A stretch of 64,000 bases of DNA, from NCBI GenBank assembly GCA_965116535.1, contig OZ220703.1:961545-1025544 (forward strand), in the 5' to 3' direction. The translations under genes and the position numbers were made by a program. Position 1 is the first letter of the stretch; every line of letters starts with the position of its first letter. The notes beneath the pieces are model-generated. The model was not told where the DNA came from. It ran no database searches and worked only from the letters and a program-made list of their open reading frames with translations. This document shows, one piece after another, positions 18,391 to 26,053 of this stretch. The stretch comes from Acidimicrobiales bacterium. Its GTDB lineage: Bacteria > Actinomycetota > Acidimicrobiia > Acidimicrobiales > Bin134.

Positions 18391-18414
18391 CGTGATGCCG
18401 GCGGCGCCGGTTCG

Positions 18415-19275
18415 ATGATCCCCCAACTGCTCGAACGCTGCACTTTCCCCCCGGCTGGCACCGCAGTGGACTGCGCGGTGTCGGGCGGTCCGGATTCGCT
18501 AGCCCTGTTGGTGCTGGCCGCAGAAGCAGGCTGTGAGGTGACCGCCTGGCACGTAGACCACGGGCTGCGACCAGGTTCGGCCGCCGAGGCTGAGGTGGTG
18601 GCTGGGGCCGCGGCCCGCTGGGGGGCGGCCTTCGAGGCCCGCACTGCCCACTGCGACCCCGGACCCAACCTGGAGGCCCGGGCCCGGGAAGCCCGCTACG
18701 CCGTGCTGCCTGAGGGGGTTCTCACCGGCCACACCGCCGACGACCAGGCCGAGACGGTGCTGTTGAACTTCATCCGCGGAGCGGGGCCAGACGGGCTGGC
18801 CGGCATCGATCCGGCCCGCCGACCGATATTGGACCTGCGCCGCCACGAAACCCACGCGTTGTGCGACGAACTCGGCCTCAAGCCGGCGCAAGACCCGTCC
18901 AACCTCGATCCCGCCCATCGGCGCAACCGGGTCCGCCACGAGCTGCTGCCTCTGTTGTGCGACATCGCCGATCGCGACGTGGTGCCCATCATTGCCCGCA
19001 GCGCCTCGCTGATGAGCGGCATTCGAGACCTGCTCGACGAGTTGGCCGCCGCCATCGACCCCACCGACGCCAAAGCGTTGGTCGATACCCCCGAGCCCCT
19101 GGCCCAGATGGCGCTGCGGCGGTGGATCCAGCACGAGACCGACTCCGAGCACCCGCCCGATGCCGCCGCCATCGAGCGGGTGTTGGCCGTGATCCGAAAT
19201 GAAGCCCGATCCACTGAAATTGGCGGTGGCTGGCGGGTCACCCGATCTTCCCAACGGCTCGGCCTCAGCAGATAG
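18415..19275 (+). CDS. tilS: tRNA(Ile)-lysidine synthetase
   Basis: PP-loop motif DCAVSGGPDSLALL. It is followed by hpt. Confidence 0.85.
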   Translation: MIPQLLERCTFPPAGTAVDCAVSGGPDSLALLVLAAEAGCEVTAWHVDHGLRPGSAAEAEVVAGAAARWGAAFEARTAHCDPGPNLEARAREARYAVLPEGVLTGHTADDQAETVLLNFIRGAGPDGLAGIDPARRPILDLRRHETHALCDELGLKPAQDPSNLDPAHRRNRVRHELLPLLCDIADRDVVPIIARSASLMSGIRDLLDELAAAIDPTDAKALVDTPEPLAQMALRRWIQHETDSEHPPDAAAIERVLAVIRNEARSTEIGGGWRVTRSSQRLGLSR

Positions 19276-19294
19276 GCAGAACTAGGTTGACGCC

Positions 19295-19852
19295 GTGTCC
19301 AGCGCGGCAGACACCGGCAACGGCGACCCCGGCCCCATTCTCATCTCCAACGACGAGCTGACCGCCTGCATCGCTGACCTGGGTTCCCGCATCACCGCCG
19401 ACTACCAAGGCCGGGCCCCGCTTTTGGTGGGGGTGCTCAAGGGCGCCTTCATGTTCATGGCCGATCTGGCCCGAGCCATCGATCTGCCGGTGGAATTCGA
19501 CTTCATGGCGGTGTCTTCCTACGGCAGCTCCACCCGCACCAGCGGCGTGGTGCGAATCGTCAAAGACCTGGAACTCGATTTGGCCGGGCGCGACGTGATC
19601 CTGGTGGAAGACATCATCGACAGCGGCTTAACCCTCAACTACCTCCGCAAGAACCTGGCCGCCCGCAACCCGGCCAGCCTGGAAGTGTGCGCCCTGTTGG
19701 TGCGCAAGGGCCGCCAGTACGAAGACCTCGACCTGCGCTATGTGGGCTTCGAGATCCCGCCCGACTTCGTAGTGGGCTACGGCCTCGACGTCGGCGAGCG
19801 CTACCGCCAACTCCCCCACATCTGCCAATACCAGCCCAACAGCAATTCATAA
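19295..19852 (+). CDS. hpt: Hypoxanthine-guanine phosphoribosyltransferase
   Basis: PRPP-binding motif VILVEDIIDSGLTL. 185 aa, GTG start. Confidence 0.9.
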   Translation: MSSAADTGNGDPGPILISNDELTACIADLGSRITADYQGRAPLLVGVLKGAFMFMADLARAIDLPVEFDFMAVSSYGSSTRTSGVVRIVKDLELDLAGRDVILVEDIIDSGLTLNYLRKNLAARNPASLEVCALLVRKGRQYEDLDLRYVGFEIPPDFVVGYGLDVGERYRQLPHICQYQPNSNS

Positions 19853-19866
19853 ATTTAGCTGAAATA

Positions 19867-19890
19867 CATCTTGCTTCAACGAGCAAGATG
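19867..19890 (+). terminator. Hairpin after hpt (no U-tract)
   Basis: 9-bp inverted repeat CATCTTGCT-tcaacg-AGCAAGATG, 15 nt past the hpt stop. Confidence 0.4.
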
Positions 19891-19952
19891 TGGCAGATTG
19901 AGGTCATCGGAGCAACTCGACGGCTCCCCTCCCGACATATCGGTAGCAACCC

Positions 19953-20663
19953 ATGCGGATGGCAAGCGAGGATCGTCGGCGTCAGCTTCCCTGGGTGATA
20001 CTTGGGCTGACCATCACCCTCACCGCGGCAATCATCTTCGCCCTGTGGGCATCGTCGCTAAGCAACCGCACCGCGGTGGCAGTGGCCGATCGAGACATAC
20101 CCACCGGGTCGACGGTTCATATCAACGACCTGCGGGCAGTGGAAATAGCCAGCGGGCAAGGCGCGGGTTTCGTGCCCATGACCGAATTGGATTCCGTGGT
20201 GGGGCGCACTGTGCGGGCTGCTATTCCCGAAGGGACAATTCTTCACCCTGGGCTTTTGTCCTCGAGTTCGCCAATCGATGGAAATAAGGCGATGGTCGGC
20301 GCGGTTCTCCACCCCGGCGAATACCCGATCGCCCAACTAGGTCCCGGCCAGCCAGTCGGGGTGGTTACCATCAGCGGACACCGCGGCCAATTCGCGGCCC
20401 CAGATAACAACCAGGCCGATCTAGCCACCTTGCCCGGCGAGGCCGTTGCGACAGTCCGGGCCACAGTGGCCGAAGTAAGCGAAGTGCTGGATTCGGGCCA
20501 GGACGCCTTGTTTGTGTCGCTCTTGGTTCCCTCTGACGATGCTGTGCGTATCAGCAACTCAGCGGCCAATCGCGAACTGCGGCTCATTCTCCTGCCCGAG
20601 GAATCCCCGACAGCAGACGGTCCTCCAGTCCGTCAGCTAGCTGTCGCCAGAGCAGTTCCATGA
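19953..20663 (+). CDS. cpaB: Flp pilus assembly protein CpaB/RcpC-like (SAF domain)
   Basis: N-terminal TM segment, then IPTGSTVHINDLRAVE...GRTVRAAIPEGTILHPGLL (SAF-like). It is the first gene of the tad locus. Confidence 0.7.
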   Translation: MRMASEDRRRQLPWVILGLTITLTAAIIFALWASSLSNRTAVAVADRDIPTGSTVHINDLRAVEIASGQGAGFVPMTELDSVVGRTVRAAIPEGTILHPGLLSSSSPIDGNKAMVGAVLHPGEYPIAQLGPGQPVGVVTISGHRGQFAAPDNNQADLATLPGEAVATVRATVAEVSEVLDSGQDALFVSLLVPSDDAVRISNSAANRELRLILLPEESPTADGPPVRQLAVARAVP

Positions 20664-21406
20664 GCATCATCGCGGTGGGCAGCGCCAAAGCCAGCCCAGG
20701 CGTGACCAACTTGTCGGTCGGACTCGGACAGTCATGGGAACCAACCACCGGCCGGAGGGCCGTATTGGTGGAGGCAGATGGCGACGGCGGGGTATTGGCC
20801 GCTCGATTCGGATTGGCTTCCGCGCCCTCATTGGTGGAACTTTCGGGAACCGCTCGACATGAATTGACGGCCAATCGGCTGCAAGCCAGTTGCCAGCCGC
20901 TGGCCGGACACCTGCCTGCTCTAGTTGCTCCGGGATGCGGTGAAACAACCACCAGGGTCCTCTCCCATCTAGCAAAGCGATTGGCAGATGGCCTTGGCCA
21001 TCTTGACGACATCGACGCGGTCGTCGACGTGGGTCGCGTGCGGCTTCACTCCCCCACTGCTGAAATCATCAGACGCTGCGATCTCCTAGTGCTCGTCGCT
21101 CAACCAAGATTCGACCAGCTCGTCCCCCTAGTCCATCAGGCCCGAAGTGTGCTCTCCCAGGACATCCCAACCGCTCTGGTTTGCATAGGAGACCGGCCTT
21201 ACCCGCCGACGGAGATGGCAAAGGCCTCTCAACTCGATCTCTTAGGCGTCATGGCTCACGAACCGAGAGTTACCCAAGCACTCGTCGGCGGATTTCCCCT
21301 CAACCAGCGTCATCGTCGCCTGTTGTTGTGGCGAACACTCACCGAACTCGTACACCGAATCCACTTCCGCCTAACGGCAACAGCGGGCAGTCGAGAAGCG
21401 GCATAG
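20660..21406 (+). CDS. CpaE/TadZ/Ssd-like ParA-MinD-fold protein with a degenerate P-loop
   Basis: ATGA overlap with cpaB. The N-terminus IIAVGSAKASPGVTNLSV sits where MinD/ParA proteins have the GxxGxGKT/S motif, and no Lys-Thr/Ser is present. Confidence 0.6.
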   Translation: MSIIAVGSAKASPGVTNLSVGLGQSWEPTTGRRAVLVEADGDGGVLAARFGLASAPSLVELSGTARHELTANRLQASCQPLAGHLPALVAPGCGETTTRVLSHLAKRLADGLGHLDDIDAVVDVGRVRLHSPTAEIIRRCDLLVLVAQPRFDQLVPLVHQARSVLSQDIPTALVCIGDRPYPPTEMAKASQLDLLGVMAHEPRVTQALVGGFPLNQRHRRLLLWRTLTELVHRIHFRLTATAGSREAA

Positions 21407-22713
21407 TGGCATCGGTTCTCCTCGACCGCGTGCTTGCTCTTGTCACCCGCGAGCTAGAGCAAACCGAGTCCAGCCGGCTCGGAAATCGGATGGAGCAAAA
21501 GGCCCTGGCCAGGCAATTCATCGCTGAGGCGCTTGACGTTATCGCCGCGGATCGCGCCAGATCATTCTTGCCTCCACTCGACGAAGCTGAAGAGTCTCAA
21601 ATCACCGAAGAGGTTCTGGCCACGTTGTACGGGCTCGGGCCCATCGATCGATTGCTAGCTGACGAATCAGTCGAGAACGTGAGCGTTAACGGTTGCGACA
21701 CGGTCTGGGTCCACTATGCGGGAGGCGAGAAGCGTCGCGTTGCGGCGGTTGCCGATTCAGACAATGAACTGATCGCTCTCATACGCAGGGCAGCCGCCCG
21801 GCTGGGCCGCAATGAGCGGCGGTTCGACATTGCCAACCCCTTTCTGGACTTGAGACTGCCTGACGGATCCCGCCTTAATGCGGTGATGGCGGTATCGGAG
21901 CGTCCGTCGGTTTCGATCCGGCGACATCGCCACGAGCACATCACGTTGGCCGACCTCTGTGCGCTGGGAACATTCAACGAGACGCTGATGAGCTTCCTGA
22001 ATGCTGCGGTAAGGGCGCGAATGAGCATCATCGTGTGCGGTGGAACCAACGCGGGCAAGACGACAATGCTGCGTGCCCTCTTGAATGCCTGTGACCCCGA
22101 TGAGCGACTGGTCACCATTGAAGACCGACTGGAGTTGGGCCTATCCGCCCACCCCGAGCGGCATCGTGACGTAATTGAACTGGAAACCCGCACAGCCAAC
22201 ATCGAGGGATCTGGAGAGATCACCATGCAGCAGCTGGTGCGCAATGCGCTGGCCATGTCGCCTGATCGGTTGATCGTGGGCGAGGTAAGGGGTCCCGAAG
22301 TGGTCGACATGCTTTCGGCACTTTCGGCGGGAAACGATGGATCCATGTGCACGATTCACGCCAACTCCTCCCAAGCGGCTTTCAGCAAAATCGCCACCTA
22401 CGCCCTGCGATCCACCGAGCACATCCCGGTAGAAGCCACCAACCGAATGATCGCCGAGAGTATTGACTTTGTGGTCCATGTGAGCAGAGCAAACGACGGC
22501 CAGCGCCTAGTGAATTCGGTGCGCGAGGTCACCGGTGCTTCGTCGGGTGAAGTGACCAGCGTTGAGGTATTCACAACCAAGGGACCGGAAATGGCCCGGC
22601 CGTGTGCCAGCTTGCAAGCCTCTACCCAACACCGATTGGCCAACGCTGGACTTGATCTTTCTTCCCGGGACTGGGAGTTGGCCCATGAGGAATTCAAATG
22701 TCCCCGCTTATAG
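21406..22713 (+). CDS. cpaF: Tad/Flp pilus secretion ATPase CpaF/TadA
   Basis: Walker A VCGGTNAGKTTML and Walker B-like DRLIVGEVRG. GTG start at 21406 overlaps the upstream TAG. Confidence 0.9.
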   Translation: MASVLLDRVLALVTRELEQTESSRLGNRMEQKALARQFIAEALDVIAADRARSFLPPLDEAEESQITEEVLATLYGLGPIDRLLADESVENVSVNGCDTVWVHYAGGEKRRVAAVADSDNELIALIRRAAARLGRNERRFDIANPFLDLRLPDGSRLNAVMAVSERPSVSIRRHRHEHITLADLCALGTFNETLMSFLNAAVRARMSIIVCGGTNAGKTTMLRALLNACDPDERLVTIEDRLELGLSAHPERHRDVIELETRTANIEGSGEITMQQLVRNALAMSPDRLIVGEVRGPEVVDMLSALSAGNDGSMCTIHANSSQAAFSKIATYALRSTEHIPVEATNRMIAESIDFVVHVSRANDGQRLVNSVREVTGASSGEVTSVEVFTTKGPEMARPCASLQASTQHRLANAGLDLSSRDWELAHEEFKCPRL

Positions 22714-23585
22714 GAGCGCTATTGGGGGCGGCGGTGGGCACTGGGGCCTTCACCGCGATCATGGGGGTGCGCGGATTCTGGTCAAGCCCAAATGCACGCC
22801 GCGGAGGATTGGGACCTTGGTTTCAAGGATCCCTGATGCCACTAGGTGTCCGCTTGGTCATAGCCATTGCCGGGTTTGTTGCAGCAGTCGTGATGACTGG
22901 ATGGTTGGTCGCCGGTTTCGTCGTGGGCGTTGCTGCCTTCCTCTCGCCAACGCTGCTGGGGGCCAAGGCAAGGCGAAGTCGGGAAATTGATCGCATGAAT
23001 GCCCTGGCTACTTGGGTAGAGATGCTGCGGGACACAATCAGCGCGGCATCAGGCTTGATCGAGACTCTAAAGGCCACCGCAGATTCCGCGCCATCGGTAC
23101 TGCGTGCTCCTGTACGGCAGCTGGCTGCCCGGACTGAGCGGGAACCCCTTCCTGTTGCCCTGGGGAGATTTGCCGATGAGGTGGGTCACGCGGTTGCCGA
23201 CACCGTTGCGGTATCGCTTGGGCTGGCGGCAACCAACCAGGTGGGTTCATTGCAGGAATCGCTAGCCGAACTGGCTGAGAACACTCGTCAGGAAGTGTCA
23301 ATGCGTTTGCGAATCGAAGCCTCCCGAGCTCGCCAACTTGCTTCCGCCCGCTTGATTGCCGGAGTGGTGGCTGTGTTTTGCATTTGCATGGTGGGCTTCA
23401 GCAGAACCTATCTTGCACCCTTCGACACCGTTTCAGGGCAGTTGGCGCTTGCGGTGATCGGTGGGCTGTTCATCGGCTCGGGGTTTGCCCTAGAGAGAAT
23501 GAGCCGGTTCAACAGCCCGCCCCGAATTCTGGCGGTGCATCGAGCGCCTGTGGTCCCAAGCCCAACCAGCGAATTTTCCCAATGA
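22698..23585 (+). CDS. tadB: Type II secretion system F-family protein TadB
   Basis: Polytopic membrane protein directly after cpaF with a 16-nt overlap. Size and position fit TadB. Confidence 0.75.
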   Translation: MSPLIGALLGAAVGTGAFTAIMGVRGFWSSPNARRGGLGPWFQGSLMPLGVRLVIAIAGFVAAVVMTGWLVAGFVVGVAAFLSPTLLGAKARRSREIDRMNALATWVEMLRDTISAASGLIETLKATADSAPSVLRAPVRQLAARTEREPLPVALGRFADEVGHAVADTVAVSLGLAATNQVGSLQESLAELAENTRQEVSMRLRIEASRARQLASARLIAGVVAVFCICMVGFSRTYLAPFDTVSGQLALAVIGGLFIGSGFALERMSRFNSPPRILAVHRAPVVPSPTSEFSQ

Positions 23586-24460
23586 CCGTAGGTCTGGCAA
23601 TGGGCGCGATGATTGGACTTGGTCTCACTGCGGCCTTTTGGGGGCTGTTCCCCCCGCGAGAGCCCTTGCACATTCGACTGAGCGAACTAGGTCAGCCAAG
23701 TGACCACGCCAACCGGTCGAAAACGCGCCGGGAGCGAATGGGTGGTGCCGCTGTGCGCTCGTTCGGTCGCTTGGCCTTTCAAGAGCGCCGACTTGAGCGC
23801 GACCTCCGAGCAGTTGGGCAGAGCCCGGAAGCGCTGGCGCTGGCAAAGCTCGGGATGTTGGTAGTGGGATTGGGATTGCCCGTGGGAATCTGGATCGTCA
23901 CCTGGTTGGCTCGAGCGTGGGTTTCCCCGGGCGTCGTAATCCTGGCATCTGCTGTGACAGGAGGCCTCTTCTTCTTTCTTCCAGACTTGTCGCTGCGAGA
24001 AAGAGCCCGAAAGCGGCGCAAAGAACTGCGTAATCACCTCAGCACCTATCTGGACTTGGTGGGTCTCCACCTGTCGGGAGGATGTGGCATCGAAAAGGCT
24101 CTGGCCGACGCGGCAGATCAGGGCACTGCCTGGGGATTTGCCGAGATTCAAAAGACCCTGCGGCAAGCTCAGTTGGCGAATGAACCGCCATGGACAGCTC
24201 TAGCAAGGCTCGGTGAAGATGTTGGATCACCAGAACTGGAGGAGTTGGCGGCATGGCTGATGCTGGCCGGCACTTCAGGGTCCCGAGTGCGGTCGTCCTT
24301 GCACGTCAAGGCCCGGGGATTGCGAGAGCGGGCTCTGAACGAAGCAGAAACTGAAGCTCAGCAGGCTACTGAATACATGTCGCTTCCGGTGGTTCTCATG
24401 TTCTCCGGTTTCCTGGGACTTATCGGGTATCCGGCAATCGCAGCCATTCTCAACTCATGA
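23582..24460 (+). CDS. tadC: Type II secretion system F-family protein TadC
   Basis: ATGA overlap with tadB. It is a membrane protein with a GspF-like cytoplasmic segment (LPDLSLRERARKRRKELRNHLSTYLDL). Confidence 0.75.
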   Translation: MTVGLAMGAMIGLGLTAAFWGLFPPREPLHIRLSELGQPSDHANRSKTRRERMGGAAVRSFGRLAFQERRLERDLRAVGQSPEALALAKLGMLVVGLGLPVGIWIVTWLARAWVSPGVVILASAVTGGLFFFLPDLSLRERARKRRKELRNHLSTYLDLVGLHLSGGCGIEKALADAADQGTAWGFAEIQKTLRQAQLANEPPWTALARLGEDVGSPELEELAAWLMLAGTSGSRVRSSLHVKARGLRERALNEAETEAQQATEYMSLPVVLMFSGFLGLIGYPAIAAILNS

Positions 24461-24535
24461 ACGTCTCTGGGATTCATGCCATGAGACATGGGTATATCGG
24501 CGTATTGACTCGCCCCAACCAACACTTGTCAGGAG

Positions 24536-24739
24536 ATGATGATGAGAGCAACTACCAAGCTCTATGAGCTGCTGGCCACGGCGGCGACATTCGAAGAGCG
24601 CGTCCGCCAGGCGTGGCAGGACGAACGAGGAGATGTCACTTCAACGGTGATCATCATTGCGGTCTTGGTCGCTGCGGCGGTGGCTGCGGGTGTTGTCATC
24701 ACCACCTTCATTTCCGGCCAAACCAGCAAGATCACCTAA
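24536..24739 (+). CDS. Flp-like type IVb prepilin, atypical (no Glu-Tyr after the putative cleavage Gly)
   Basis: 67 aa. A charged leader ends in DERG, followed by the hydrophobic stretch DVTSTVIIIAVLVAAAVAAGVVITTFI. Its position between tadC and the tadE genes fits a pilin. Confidence 0.55.
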   Translation: MMMRATTKLYELLATAATFEERVRQAWQDERGDVTSTVIIIAVLVAAAVAAGVVITTFISGQTSKIT

Positions 24740-24765
24740 TCAACAACGGTGGGGCAGACCTAGGA

Positions 24766-25146
24766 ATGCAAAGCGAGCGCGGTGAAGCGACGACCGCCGT
24801 CTTGGTCGTGCCCATTGCCATGCTCTTGATTTTTGTAGTTGTCCAAGCGGCCCTGGTTTTTCATGCCCAAGCCCTAATTGATGCCGCGGCCCAAGACGGC
24901 GCCCAAGCGGGCCAAGGTGTACACGGCACTGAGGAGGCAGTTCACTCGGCCGTGCATTCGGTCGTTGGCGAAGGCGCGGGGAACCTGCTCTCAAACGTGG
25001 ATGTCTCGGTGCAGGCAAACCCACGGCGACTGTCGGTGACCGTGCGGGCCACTGTGAAATCGCTAATCCCTGGTTACAACCCCACCGTTTCTTCTATTGC
25101 CGCAGGACCCCGCGAGGTCTTCGTCCCCGAGTACCGAAGACGATGA
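24766..25146 (+). CDS. TadE-like pseudopilin
   Basis: N-terminus MQSERGEATTAVLVVPIAMLLIFVVVQAALV is the TadE-type motif. Confidence 0.7.
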   Translation: MQSERGEATTAVLVVPIAMLLIFVVVQAALVFHAQALIDAAAQDGAQAGQGVHGTEEAVHSAVHSVVGEGAGNLLSNVDVSVQANPRRLSVTVRATVKSLIPGYNPTVSSIAAGPREVFVPEYRRR

Positions 25147-25589
25147 CCGGCTTGTGGTGGTGTCAGCGGCGACGTGACGCCGCCGAACGAGGCAGCAGTG
25201 TCGTGGGTCTGGTGATTCTCACCCCAATAATGGCCATGCTTCTGTTCTTCGTCGTGGCTGCCGGCCGACTCGGAGTTATCGAGAGCAAATTGACTTCCGC
25301 AGCTCGCAACGCGGCTCGAGCAGCCTCGCAAACCCAGTCAGTTTCGACTGCACAGGCAGTGGCAACAACGACTGCGGAAGCCACTCTGGACCGCTTGAGA
25401 ACAGGATGCCATGGGGGGCCTCGGGTTCGTGTCCTAGGGCTTGACCTTGGACCAGGAGGACAAGTGCACATCCAGGTCTCGTGTGTGGTGAGGCTGACGG
25501 ATCTAACCGTGCCCGGCATGCCCGGCAGTCGAACAGTGACCGCAGACTCCGTTTCAGTGGTGGACCGCTTTCGAAGCGGGGGCTCCTAG
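25143..25589 (+). CDS. TadE-like pseudopilin
   Basis: ATGA overlap with the upstream gene. AERGSSVVGLVILTPIMAMLLFFVVAAGRL is TadE-type. Confidence 0.7.
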   Translation: MTGLWWCQRRRDAAERGSSVVGLVILTPIMAMLLFFVVAAGRLGVIESKLTSAARNAARAASQTQSVSTAQAVATTTAEATLDRLRTGCHGGPRVRVLGLDLGPGGQVHIQVSCVVRLTDLTVPGMPGSRTVTADSVSVVDRFRSGGS

Positions 25590-25591
25590 CT

Positions 25592-26053
25592 GTGCACCGG
25601 GGTGCTCCCAGAAAGATCCTTGACCCTGTCCGACTACCCGGAGAACGGGAAAGGGGGCAGGTGACAGTGATTTTTGTCGTCTTGGCTGTGGCGCTAGTCA
25701 TGTTGGGAGGACTGGCTTATGACGGCGCCCGAATCTTGGACGCCAAACGGAACGCCTCCTTTTTGGCACTGGAAGCTGCCAGAGCCGGCGCTCAGGCGAT
25801 TTCGAGCGAATCCATTTACCAAGGGGACGGGAACGTGAGCATTGACCCAACTCAAGCGCGAATCGCGGCGGCTGAATTTTTCGACCAGCACGATGAATGG
25901 TCGATCTCGGTGAGGGGGGACACGGTCACCGCAACCGTGTGGCTAACCCAGCCACTTCAAGTGCTCTCAATGCTCGGCATTGAGTCACGTCGGGTGACTG
26001 GACACGCCAGTGCCCGTGCCATACAGGGAATAGACAGAGGAGATTACCGATGA
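25592..26053 (+). CDS. TadG/TadE-family pilus assembly protein
   Basis: ERERGQVTVIFVVLAVALVMLGGLAYDGARIL resembles the TadG-like N-terminal motif. The start is GTG 25592 (alternative GTG 25661). Confidence 0.55.
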   Translation: MHRGAPRKILDPVRLPGERERGQVTVIFVVLAVALVMLGGLAYDGARILDAKRNASFLALEAARAGAQAISSESIYQGDGNVSIDPTQARIAAAEFFDQHDEWSISVRGDTVTATVWLTQPLQVLSMLGIESRRVTGHASARAIQGIDRGDYR

